Position numbers and translations under genes: made by a program. The notes under the pieces were generated by a model. That model worked only from the letters and a program-made list of their open reading frames with translations. It did no database searches and was not told where the DNA came from. DNA of 59,252 nt, the filler included, from Squatina squatina (lineage: Eukaryota): the NCBI GenBank assembly GCA_031763465.1. It is 4 parts of 4 records of this genome, joined end to end, with 100 filler letters (N's around TTAATTAATTAA, not from the genome) between each part and the next. Parts side by side here need not be neighbours in the genome. Positions count along the whole stretch, not along the records: positions 32,953 to 45,751 come from JARFOE010000163.1; positions 45,852 to 59,252 come from JARFOE010865288.1; 2 more parts are not named here. One strand, 5' to 3'. Every line of letters begins with the position of its first letter. Within the stretch, counting starts at the first letter, position 1. Shown piece after piece: positions 37,422 through 49,550 of this stretch.

Positions 37422-37977
37422 TTCTTTTCTCATTCAAATCTTTTCGTGTGACTTGATTGTAACTTGTGCTGCTGCCAGAAGAGGCATGGGGGCAGGGCCA
37501 AACATACCGAAAACAACACAACTCCCGTTGTTCTGATGAACTTGTCCCCCTGCAACACGACTGTCTGAGACGAGTTCTTTTATTATCTTGAGACACACAC
37601 AGCACCAGATGACACATTAGACAAAAAAAGATTTTGTACTGAATGAGGTTGGCAATCATTTGTCTCTCTTTGTCCATAATAAGAAGACCCACCACTGAAT
37701 TAAAGTGTCACCTAACTGGGTTTGTACATTGTGCTGTTTTCGGAGAACTATAAGCAGCGCTTGAGATCTTGAGAATTTTTCAGACTGCCTAATTCAATCT
37801 TATTTACCATTTCATAGTGAGCATCAGAAGATATATTCTGTTCCAGCTGGGATCAGTTGGTTTTCTCTAATTAACAANNNNNNNNNNNNNNNNNNNNNNN
37901 NNNNNNNNNNNNNNNNNNNNNNNNNNNNNNNNNNNNNNNNNNNNNNNNNNNNNNNNNNNNNNNNNNNNNNNNNNNNN

Positions 37978-38214
37978 AAGTTCCCCTCCAAGTCATGCAT
38001 CATCCCGACTTGGAAATATATCACCGTTCCTTCATCATCACTGGGTCAAAATCCTGGAACTCCCTCCCAAACAGCACTGTGGGAGTACCTTCACCACATG
38101 GACTGCAGTGGTTCAAGGCGGCAGCTCACCCCCACCTTCTCAACGGCAATTAGGGAAGGGCAATAAATGCTGGCCTTGCCAGCACCACACACATCCCATG
38201 AACGAATAAAAAAA
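37978..38214 (+). mobile_element. 3' end of a second non-LTR retrotransposon family
   Basis: tcaaaatcctggaactccctccc..ggttcaaggcggcagctcac..gggcaataaatgctggccttgccagc..cacatcccatgaacgaataaaaaaa; a reverse copy lies at 7820-7958. Confidence 0.78.
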
Positions 38215-39099
38215 GTTTAAACAGAAACCAAGATTATTTTCAGATGTCTACAGATTATGCATATTAAAAAAAATGAATTATCCAATTCAGATTCAATCTT
38301 GGCCAGTAATGGATTTAATAGTTGCCATCCAGTAACTGACTTTATTCCATCTTAAATGTATCAAACAGTTCAATGCCTGGAGCTGCATGGTTGTATTTAC
38401 TGACTCTAGGAGAGTGAAAGGTAAGTAAGTATCTTTTAGTTCCAATACAAAGAAATAAGATGCAGGGTAAAGAATTCCACTCAGTCTCTCCACGATAATA
38501 CTGGCAGCTNNNNNNNNNNCTACTTTAGTACAACAAATAATGCTTTGGTTCCACTACAGTGTTTTGATAATTCACAAAAGAGCCAATCTGCATAGTGTGC
38601 AGTGGCTTCATCAAGAAATAACATGAAAAACAGCAGCCGCAAATGTATACAAGTTGCATTGGTATACCAGTGTGGGACAGCAGACCATCCTATTATAGAG
38701 AACTGTCTTATATTACCAATACAAAAATTGAATGCATTACTCTTTTCTATGCAGCATTTTACCATGTACATTATCAATCCAATAGTGCAGCAAAAGGGTC
38801 CAATTTACAACGCTGGCTGTATAATCTTTCCAGCTTATTATTTGCCAAGTCTCTTAACTATGACCCATAGGAATACACTTGCATCTTCTGNNNNNNNNNN
38901 NNNNNNNNNNNNNNNNNNNNNNNNNNNNNNNNNNNNNNNNNNNNNNNNNNNNNNNNNNNNNNNNNNNNNNNNNNNNNNNNNNNNNNNNNNATTGTGTCGG
39001 TATACATGTTCTCTTGCGTGCAGACGCACCAAACACACTGTAGTTGGTCCATATTCGTGCAAGTGTGGGGGGGTAGAAAATTCTGCAAGCAGAATTAGA

Positions 39100-39655
39100 T
39101 GCTTTGGGAGGATGGATCAAATTCTGGCAAATAGCATTTAACCTAGTTAAGCGCAGTGCTATGCATTTAGGCAGGACCAACATCATGCATACCTAAATTT
39201 CACAGGGAACAGAACTTAAATTGGTTGGGAGCGAAAAGGATCTTGGTATTATAGTTCATAATTCTCTTGAGATTCATGCCCAATGTTGAGAACCCATAGC
39301 CAAAGCAAATAAGGTTTTAGGTTGTATTAACAGGACTATTGAACAGGAAACACAGCACACCATTTTGTCCTTGTACAAAACCTTGGTTACACCACATTAG
39401 CGAATACTTCTTCCAGTTTTGGTTCCCTCATATTCCCACCTTAAACAAGCTTGGTTGCTCAGGTTTAAAAAGCTAGGTCTAGTCACTATCTCAATCAAAT
39501 CCTCCCGAAGTCTAAGCATCTCGTGTGTGTGTGGTGTTCCCCTCTCCCAGAAGATTGACATGGTTCTGGTGGGTAGGGAGTGTCCAATCTTGATGCTTCA
39601 TAACCGGTTTAATGGATTAGATGGTCTGTTCCTGCCTGTTATTTTTGTATGTTGG
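39100..39655 (+). mobile_element. Degenerate CR1-clade LINE fragment
   Basis: tggcaaatagcatttaac..atgcatttaggcagg..aaggatcttggtattatagttc..aaagcaaataaggttttaggttgtatt..ttgtacaaaaccttggtta (WQ.F N..MHLG..KDLG..KANKVLGCI..LYKTLV). Confidence 0.72.
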
Positions 39656-42604
39656 TACGCTCATTTATTTTAGCACTTTATGTAGGGAAGGGACTCTATT
39701 GGGCACGCATTGCTTAAATTGTGGGTTTAAACTCTGGCCACACATGCTGTAGCTTTGTCGATCCATCTCTGAGTATCAAGGATCTCGCTCCAACAGATTT
39801 AGATCTCCTTTGCTTGAGTTTTCTGATTGAAATATCCGTTTTTCTTATTTTAAAATGCATAAAAAATTGCAACAGATTCCTGTAATACTGAGAAAAATCA
39901 ACTAAGTCTAGAAAATAAAATTGAGACATAACTTATTACATTGAAAAAGAACCCCCAACTTTTTAGACCCAGCTCTTTAAAAATTTCCATTTTTGTTTTC
40001 AAAGTCCTTTTGGCATAGAATACTGTGGAAGAAAAATAAAACTGGGACAAAAAGTTCAATGGCATACCACTAATGAAAGGAATGCATGTGTCGGTATGCC
40101 CAACAGGTGGGAAGGTATGTGCAGGCTGGTTTGAGAAATGTAATCATTTTTAACAGTGATGTGACCGAGGCTGTAAGAAATTAGTACCGAAAGGTAATAC
40201 TTTTCACAATAGGCCTTTCAATAAAACGGGGTCATTTCCTATAGCTCTTCCTCCATTCCAAAACCCTCTCAAACCGTAAATACAATACTTAAACTGCTCT
40301 TCTCATCTCTCCCCAAAGTGGCAGCAAGACATTTTCATTCGGTGAATATTGATTTTTCTTAATGAACCAGCTGCAGAGCAATACAGATTAACACACACAA
40401 GGTATTTAACCCTTTGCCCGTTATATTATATATTCCCTTTCTCCAAGCCCTTTACAGCATGCATTTACACATCACAATGTGTACTATACTGCAAGTATAA
40501 ACAGAAAACAAAAGTAGTCTAAAACATAAAGTGCACGGCAATGGCTTTGCACGACTTCTACACAGCCAGGGGGGCCCCGGCCCCGCTGCTCCCACCCCGA
40601 AATTCAAACCAGGAGCAGGGTCTCGATTGGCAAAGTGATGGGAGAGCAGCCGGGATCCGGCCTCCCGCGGCGAGCGGGCCCTGGCCGCCATCGGGTCCTG
40701 GGTCCAGGCGGGAGCGGGGCCGTGGTTGGGTTCCTCTGGGTTCTGTTTGGATCACAAGCACAGTCNNNNNNNNNNNNNNNNNNNNNNNNNNNNNNNNNNN
40801 NNNNNNNNNNNNNNNNNNNNNNNNNNNNNNNNNNNNNNNNNNNNNNNNNNNNNNNNNNNNNNNNNGCACCATCAAGTCTCAATAATTTTAAATCGGAAGT
40901 GAATATTGTCTATGTAATTCCCTGGTGGTCTTAGTCATAATCCCTGGTCTGGCACTTAACAGAAGGCAAATTAGTGAAAACATTGATTGGCACAAAGCCC
41001 ACAGCATAAATACTGTTATGGAGATAGTGACCATGTAGTGATATGAATAGTTTTCATGTTGGAAACAATCTCCTAAGGGCGGGCAATAAAAAAATTAAAT
41101 GGTGTCCATATCATTTCTCTCTCTTTTCTCCCCAAACATGCTCAAGAAATAGTTTCCCATCTGAAGAAAATTCATCTTATTTCTAACCAGAGCATTGGGG
41201 ATAGTCAATTCATCAAATGGTAAAAAGGTAAATACATATTTATATCAGACATGTCTGTACTGTGAATACTGAATATTTACACATTTATAAAAGATTTTTT
41301 TGAATAGTTGAAGAGGTACTGTAAATGCTGATTGTTAGGATTTGTATTTTCTTATATCGCTGTCTAGGCAGATAGATTCCACTTTTTCTGTCTAGGTGTA
41401 GGACAGCTTGGTGAATTAGATTTTCAAACAGCATTTTTTTTGTGGAAAGGAAATTAGCTACAATTAAAAAAAGGTTCTTGCCTTTAAATCTGGAATAAAA
41501 ATATAGCTGAATGCAGCGGATCACTGTCACAGAATATTACCAGGTGATGCTTTACGAGTGGAGATTGCAACATAAAGTCACCCAAAAAGGGCACTATATT
41601 ATTCTCAAACCATGTGACTTCCTGCACAGGATAAAATCAGACAGCTCTGTGAATCTTAGCAATCATAATGGATTAGCAAGCAAGCATTAATATATGGTTA
41701 TAAAGTCCGGGTTCCTCAGTAGTTATGTTATAACCACAATACAGCAGTTTTTAATGTTAGAATTGGGGACCTCAAGCTACCTAAATCAATCAGTTACACA
41801 TTTATCCACTGACCTAATATGGAACATTCATTAGGACCATACCACACAACTATGGGTGCATTCACATGANNNNNNNNNNNNNNNNNNNNNNNNNNNNNNN
41901 NNNNNNNNNNNNNNNNNNNNNNNNNNNNNNNNNNNNNNNNNNNNNNNNNNNNNNNNNNNNNNNNNNNNNAGCTGGGTTTATAAACAGTGTATTGGCTGCT
42001 GAACAACTGCTCTGGCCCTGAAAAACTAATTTTAATGTGTGTACACTGTCAAATTTCTCCACTATGATAAAAATTATTAGATAATTTAGATAAAATAAAA
42101 AATATTTTAAAACTTTTTTTTAATTTATATTTCAGCTTCTACCTTAACCCCATGGCTTATGTCACAATCTTCATTTCGCCCTCTAAAAATTTTAAAACGG
42201 TGAATGATAGAAGCTGCTTATTTCCTGATTTGCTGTCTGAGAATGCTTCAGTTTGACTGGCTGCTTAGACAGCTGGCTGGCATCTCTGCTGCTGTAGGCT
42301 TGAAATTTCTTATCGACAGCGCTACAAGCAAAGTAATGTTGAGGAAGCTAAAGTTCTCGCGATCTCTGTGGCGAGATCTATGTGAGCAGCTTTCTTCAAG
42401 GTTAGTGGCGATCCACAGAAAGGTCTACAGTGAGATGAAAAACCCATAAACATTGTTTGTACCACAAAAGCTATTGGAGGTAATTGGTACAATATTTTGT
42501 TGTAGGACCAGGAGGGCAAGATTAATTTACATTTTATAAATTTTCAATAAACTCCACAAATACACACTCTAAACTGTTACAAGAGTGGATGCTTTTGAAT
42601 GCAA

Positions 42605-43673
42605 CAAGGTGCTTTCAATCCTTTTTATTCAATTTAATACAACACCTGCAACAANNNNNNNNNNNNNNNNNNNNNNNNNNNNNNNNNNNNNNNNNNNNNN
42701 NNNNNNNNNNNNNNNNNNNNNNNNNNNNNNNNNNNNNNNNNNNNNNNNNNNNNNATATTAACCAAAATGTCTACAAAATTTGAATCAGTAGTACTTTTGG
42801 GATTTTAGCTATCATAACATGCATGCTACTGTTGTCACAGCACATCACTAGCAAAGTTGGGGGAAAAGTTAATAAAGTTTTAATTTTTTTGTACACTAAC
42901 AGGCAACTGTGACAACTGTTCAGGAAGCACAATATAAACACACTAATTATATGAAATGGTGAAGACACCTTGTTCCACTATGGTTAATAAATATAAAGAA
43001 AAATAAAACACAATGGTATTTCTGTATGAAATCATACGAAAACAAAAAGTATTCATTTACAAATATGTTCCATTTAATTTAAAGTCTTCAAATATGGTTT
43101 TCAAAGCAGCTGTGAACTTTCAATCACCAACTATTTTCTACCAAAACTGTGGTTTGCTATACATTTTTTCAACATACAAAAGTAATAATTAAAAAAACTT
43201 TTATTTGTCAACTTAAAAGGAGCAGCACGTCCTGGGTCAAGGTTGGTTAGAGGCAGAATGGCTAATTATTATTCTACTGCTAACAATCAGCCAAGTACAT
43301 CTGTAGACATGAAAACAATAATGGAAAATGAGAAGTCTTTTTGCTCAGGTAGCACCAGCACTGTCGATTTGATTGGGAACAGGGCATTGCAGCTGTATCT
43401 ACATACCCAGCTGCAGTACAGAAGAATGGTAGCTCTTCCTTGGGGAAGTGTACAGGCTATATTGAGGATGTGCTTTAATAATCATATAATATTAATTTAT
43501 AAAAGAAGTGACACCCATAAGAGTGAGGAGCACAAGTAATAATTTAATGTTAAAAAAAAGCATGTAACCTACTGCTCCTTTAACACGTTCATTTTTTAAA
43601 ATTACAATCCTGTGTTGGAGAATTAGAATTTAGAGGGCAAAAGCCATGTAACATGGCAGTGTAGAGTAGTCCC
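42605..43673 (-). other. STK11: Candidate non-coding terminal exon (3' UTR) of STK11
   Basis: A donor GTG|gtatgt lies 21 nt after the STK11 stop. A plausible acceptor ctttttgcag| ends at 43674. The AU-rich minus strand has AATAAA at 43205-43200 and 42629-42624. Confidence 0.35.
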
Positions 43674-44009
43674 CTGCAAAAAGCTATAGTTACATGCTTC
43701 AAGTCCCAAAACAATCAGACATTCAAATCTACCAACCATATGTATAATGTACATCATCAGATTTCTGGATGGTTGATGCAATGCCTTGTGGCAAAGTACA
43801 GCACTCAGGAGCAGAAAAGGCCGACATGGTCAGTCTCGTCTTGCACTCTGAAAGTTACTCCTGGAAGCTGCGCACGGAGCACCACTGCTGCCTGAACCAC
43901 AAACATTGCTTGCAGCTCATTCTGCCAGAGATAACTTGATGGTGAGTCAGGCTTAGAAGTGTAACGGAGCCAGAAACAATTCTCAGAGTATTTGACGCTA
44001 TGTGAGATT

Positions 44010-44197
44010 GGGATAGATTTTAACTTTTACCGCCAGGCAGAAAACTGGCGGTAGCAGATTTGCTGCCTGTTGTACACATCACTGGATTTTTCTTTCCATC
44101 GACTTCAATAGAAAGGAAAATCAGGTGGGGTGTAAAACAGACAGCTGATCCTCAACTGGCAGTTTTCCACCCAATGGTGAAAGATAAAATTAATCCC
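44010..44197. mobile_element. Palindromic (fold-back) MITE, probably PIF/Harbinger-derived
   Basis: The left arm gggatagattttaacttttacc..gaaaactg.. pairs with the right arm ..cagttttcc..ggtgaaagataaaattaatccc; centre ttttctttccat cgacttca atagaaaggaaaa; flanks ATT/ATC. Confidence 0.75.
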
Positions 44198-45173
44198 ATC
44201 ATATATAAAATCTTGCTTTAAAAAGCAGCTCAACATTAAACTGGCTACTCGCTATCAGAAGCTTATGAAGGAGCACCAACCTCAAATGCTTTGACAAATC
44301 ATTCCAGCTCTTTCATTATGAGGGATGCTTTTTATGCACAAACAGTTCAAGGTACAAGCAAACCTAAACTACAGGAAATTGCAAAAAGGGAGTGGAGAAA
44401 TACAACTGTAACTAAAAATGTATTGTAAAATATAAATTATACTCATTACCTGAAATACATCCTAAGTGACCTATGAATGGGATTGCTACCCTTTTTAAAA
44501 AAAAATGAACTGAAATAAAAGTATTGTCATTCTGTCACAAGTTCTAGTTTGTTTACAGAAAAATAAATTCACCTTCAAGTATACAAAAAACAGAAACAGA
44601 GGCTATTTTCAAAGTAAGTGAACAATAATCACCCAGCGCAAAATATGAGTGACCAACTATATTTTTGGGAAGCTTTAATGTCNNNNNNNNNNNNNNNNNN
44701 NNNNNNNNNNNNNNNNNNNNNNNNNNNNNNNNNNNNNNNNNNNNNNNNNNNNNNNNNNNNNNNNNNNNNNNNNNNNNNNNNNAGCTTTAATGTCTTGATC
44801 ATATCATACCGCAATATTAAGTATTGCAGTACGAATATGGCATCTGGTGACTTCATGTTGGGTTTCCATTCAACGACAGTTCAATTTTTACCCAATTTTT
44901 ATTATGTTTGAACTGGAAAAGTAAGTTTAAAGCAATCTGTCACACTATGAAGTGACAGTAAAGTAAGTCATGTTCACTATTATAGTCATATCTCACAGAG
45001 ACTAATGACTGGCCCTATTCTGATTGCTATGAATCAATGCAAAGATTCTATTCCTTCACAAGCTTATATACACAATTGGACTGTCACATTAAAGTGTGCA
45101 CTTAAGATAGAGTCCAGTTCAAATATAATTTAATGGAAGCTCCAGTACATACCACACAGAGTTTACAGATGGG

Positions 45174-45388
45174 TCATTGTTGTTTACATGCAGAGAGTTT
45201 CCGAATTTTGCTGCTACTGGTGGAGGCTTTGCGGGATGGATTGGAAGAAGAGCTTGACCTCCGTTCATTTTTGACCTTGCTGTTAAACTGTCCTGCCTCT
45301 GTGCCATTCATGCACATTGTTTTGTGGCTGCCTTTGCTCCTGTTTTGGCCGTTTTGCTCAATTTCTTCTTCAGGCGCTTGCACCTGTC
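45174..45388 (-). CDS. STK11: Serine/threonine kinase 11 (LKB1), last coding exon
   Basis: Acceptor tatttccacag|GA at 45388. Translates [47 protein letters not shown], matching the LKB1 C-terminus (KIRRLSACKQQ) with the basic-x-Ser phosphosite and the CKQQ CaaX box. Confidence 0.96.
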
Positions 45389-45795
45389 CTGTGGAAATAA
45401 TAGATTTTTTTTTTTTGAGAACCGAGAAGCAATTCCAGGTGGCTTTTTTTTTCCCTGTGGGCAGAAGGTATCCGCCTCATTAAAAAAAATCACTAATAAA
45501 AGGATCATCCCATAGGCACAGCATTTTGGGACTGAAGGAGCTCTAAGGACCAATCACAGCAAAGCCATTCTTTGAAGTATTCACAGTCCTAGTAAGCAGC
45601 TCAGATGGGTGGGCATCTGAAAGCCTACTTAACTAGACAAAATACTGAACTTAACTGGCTTGGCACTGGAGTGAAATTGTGTGTCTACAAAAAAGGAGAT
45701 CTGCATATTTCTATGTTTCAAGACGTGTCCATATTCTAGTTACAGTGCACANNNNNNNNNNNNNNNNNNNNNNNNNNNNNNNNNNNNNNNNNNNN

Positions 45796-45807
45796 TTAAT
45801 TAATTAA
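45796..45807. other. Artificial scaffold-joining linker (spacer 45752-45851)
   Basis: 44 N + TTAATTAATTAA + 44 N. Confidence 0.95.
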
Positions 45808-46434
45808 NNNNNNNNNNNNNNNNNNNNNNNNNNNNNNNNNNNNNNNNNNNNACCTGAATTCACTCTCCTTGAAGTGTGAGATTTACATTGCATCTAACCC
45901 CAGTCTACCTGCCTTGAGAGATTTTAATCTCTCCAGTAGCAGATTCTGGAATTAATATGAATCATTTTGATATTTAGAGATTCTTGGAGTGAGCATTGTC
46001 TCAGGAAGGCGGAGAGAGCAAAATCGAATCAGCACCACACTAACGGGGATTAGAGAAAGGTCGAAGGTTTCACACAGCAGATCTGGCGAAGCAACACTCA
46101 CATTGAATAAGACGGGATAAAATGGGAAGCTTCATCACTAATTGGAAAAGCGAGGATCTCCACTGAGAATCCCATCAGCTATTGGCTGCCGCTTAATTTC
46201 TGGCAAAATAATCGGCATTTGATACGGCAATTTGACTGGAGATTCACTGGTATGTAAAGTTAGCCCACACCTCGCCTGGGAGTCCATGATAGTTACAAGT
46301 ACAGGGATTTCTGTCCTGTATTCATACCATGCTGTAGGTGAGATGGTGAGCTTCATTGGCAGTGTCAGAGGAGCAGCACGCTGCTTCGGCCACCTGCTGC
46401 ACCTGAATTCACTCTCCTTGAAGTGTGAGATTTA

Positions 46435-46905
46435 CATTGCATCTAACCCCAGTCTACCTGCCTTGAGAGATTTTAATGGGACAGTGTTGAGGGACCTTTA
46501 CTCTGTTTCTAACCGGTGCTGTACCTGCCCTGGGAGGTTTTGATGGGACAGTGTTGAGGGAGCGTTACTCTGTATCTATCCTGTGCTTTACCTGCCCGGG
46601 AATGTGTGATGAGACTTTGTAGAGAGAACTTCACTCTGTATTTAACCCATACTGTCATTAGCCTGGTTTTGTTTGGTCTGACATTGCGTTCAGAGCTTTC
46701 GGCTGTATCCATCAAGTGCTGTACCTGACAGGATAGGGTTTGATGTGACAGTGTAGAGGGAGATTTAGTCAGTTTCTTCCACGTGCTGAACATGAAGTAG
46801 GAGTGTTGGATGAGAGAGTTTAAAGTGTGCTTCACACGGTATCTAACCTCTGATGTACTTGACCTGGGAGTGTTTGATGGGACGGTGTAGAGGTACTTCT
46901 AATTT
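46435..46905. repeat. Degenerate ~67-bp tandem satellite, about 7 units
   Basis: Units start at about 46501, 46568, 46634, 46701, 46769 and 46835, plus a preceding unit. Consensus CTCTGTATCTAACC.GTGCTGTACCTGCCCTGGGAGTGTTTGATGGGACAGTGTAGAGGGAGCTTTA; I recall this motif as abundant in shark genomes. Confidence 0.88.
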
Positions 46906-46910
46906 GCATG

Positions 46911-48108
46911 TCATAGAGGCATAGAGTCACTGCGGCACAGAAGGAGGCCATTCACACCATCTAGTCCATGCCGGCTCACTGTAGAGTAATCCAGTCAGTC
47001 CCATTCCTTTGTTCGATCTCTGCAGCCCTGCAAGTGTATTTCCCTTAAGTGCCTATTCAATTTCCTTTTGAAATCATTGATTGTTTCTGCTTTCACTACA
47101 TTCGTAGGCAGCGAGTTCCAGGTCATCACCACTCGCTGCACAAAAAACATTCCTCCTCACACCCCCTGTAACTCTTGCCCAAAACCTATATCTCTGTTCC
47201 CCAGCCTTTCCTCCATCAGCCATTGGGAACAGCTTTTCTTTGTCTACCTGACCCAAACCTGCCATAATCTTGTACACCTCTATCAAATATCCCCCAGCCT
47301 ACTTTGCTCCAGGGAGAACAACCCCAGCTTCTCCAACCTAATCTTGTAGCTGAAATCCCTCAGCTCTGGAACGATTTTGATAAATCTCCTCTGCACCCTC
47401 TCAAGGACCTTCACATCTTTCCTCAAGTGTGGTGAGCAGAACTGGACACAGTACTCTCGTTGTTCCCTAGCCGGAGTTTTATAAAGGCTCAGCTTTTGTA
47501 CTCAATTTCGCTATATATGAAGCTCAAAATCCCATATACTTTGCTAACTAATCTCTCAATATGTCCTGCCACAGTCAAAGATCTATGCACATGAACCCCT
47601 AGGTTCCTCTTTCCCTGTGCCATCAAGTCTATATTGCCGCTCCTTATCCCTTCTGCCAAAATGCTTCACCTCACACTTCTCTGTATTAAATTCCATCTGC
47701 CCCCTCTCTGCCCATTTTGCTAGCCTATCTATGTCATGTTTCTGTCGATTACTATCATCCTCACTGTTTGCCAGTTTACCAAGTTTGGTATCATCGGCAA
47801 ATTATGAAATTTTACTCTGTATTCCAATATTCAAGTAATTTATATATATATCACAAAAAACAGTGATCCTAGCACTGACCCCTGGGGGTCACCACTGTCT
47901 ACCATCCTCTAGTCTGAAAAACATTCACCATGACTCGCTGTTTTCTCTCCTTAACCAAACTTTTTAACCAAGCTGCTGCTGACCCTCCTATTCCATGAGC
48001 CTCAATTTTGTTAATCAGCCTTTTAAGTGGTACTTTGTCAAACGCTTTCTTAAATTACAAATGGACAACAATCTCTGCATTCCCTTCATCAACCTTCTCT
48101 GTTACTTC
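46911..48108 (-). mobile_element. CR1-clade LINE 3' portion
   Basis: Starts with the reversed tail catagaggcatagagtc..ggaggccattc. The minus strand encodes IEVYKIMAGLGQVDKEKLFP and KFADDTKL-type RT residues (ccaagtttggtatcatcggcaaatt on +). Confidence 0.88.
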
Positions 48109-48469
48109 ATTTTCAAACCCTGTTGAAACTTCCATCGTGACTTCTGTCACGGTGGAATGTAAATGCTGCAATCTACGTTGATAACAACAGTGAATATTCC
48201 TGTGACATGTCTGGAACTCCATCAAATTTCCATGATGCGCATGTTTACAGGAAGCACTTCAATCTGCTCGAACTGACCCTCCGAGTTTCTGAGCTTGAGG
48301 AGGGGCTGCAGTCAATGTAGGGCTGAGAATTTCTTGGATCACATGGTGCAGGAGTTGCTCATCCCGCAGCAAAAGTAAGTTCAGGAGGATAGTGAGTTGG
48401 TGGCCGTCGGCAGGGTGCGGAGAGGCAGGTGGTGCAGGGCTGCACCGGGAGAGTGGTACCTCTCAAGGT

Positions 48470-49550
48470 TGGGGCCAATTAAGGACCAAAAAAGAGATTT
48501 TCTTAAGCAGGCAGGGGTTATAGCTAACGAATTAAAGTAATTATTGTCACATGACTCCAACAAAGAATAGGATGCTGGCAGTATCACAGGAAAGGAGTCG
48601 TTTGTTGACAAATTCGCTGGGAAAAACATAAATAAGGAGGAGGAACTCAAAAGTTTGCCAATGCTCAAAGTAGAAACGTGACCCACTCTAAATGGGCTGC
48701 AACCGAGGCAGCTAAAAAGGTAAGGGTGTAAATTGCAGAGGCTCTCAATAAAAATCTTCCAATCCTCCTTAGACATGGTGGTGCTGTCAGAGTAATGGAG
48801 GATTGGAAACTCCCTCTTCCCGTTCAATAAAGCTCCCAGGGTTAAACCGCTCATCTGCAGGCCAGTCAAACTAACGTCGTGTGGAAAAAGTTAGGAACAA
48901 TAATCCAACAAAAACGTTATTAGTGCTTGGAAAATGTGCGTTAATCAATGAAAGCCCACACGCATTTTTAAAAGGGAAATCCTATTTGACTAACCTGATC
49001 GAGTCCTTTGACGAAGTAATGGAGACGGTTGATGAGGGTAGTGCGGTTGATGTTGTGTATATGAGCTTCCAAAAGGCAAATTACTATATGATGGACATGT
49101 TAGCAAAAATTGAAGCTAGAATTGGATTCAAACTTGAAAACATAAAAAGGCTTCTGAAGAATGTTAGGTTTAAATTTCAGTGGAGAACGGAATAGAAATT
49201 ATGAAGGGGTTTCTTAAAGCAAATGCAAAAAAAGTATTTCCAGTGGCAGTTTGCCCGGTAACCAGAGTAAACATATTTAAGGTATTTGCCATAAAACGCA
49301 GAAACGACATATGGAAAAATAAATATGCATTATGTTGTCATAATGCGCTGCCTGAAAGGATGATGGAAGCAGATTCAATAATTCGATAATTACCGAAAGG
49401 GAATTCGATAATTACCGAAAGGGAACATTTTGCAGACCTTTGGAGGAGTAGCAAAGAGCTGGGGGTGAATTGGTTATCGTTTTCAAAGGGTCGGCACAGG
49501 CACAATGGGCCAAAGGGCCTCCTTCAACACTGTATAATTCTATGATTCTA
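48470..49550 (+). mobile_element. CR1-clade LINE relic with internal deletion
   Basis: KGKSYLTNLIESFDEVMETVDEGSAVDVVYMSFQKA (RT motif) followed by a 3' end with gggccaaagggcctcctt..ttctatgattcta. Confidence 0.82.
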
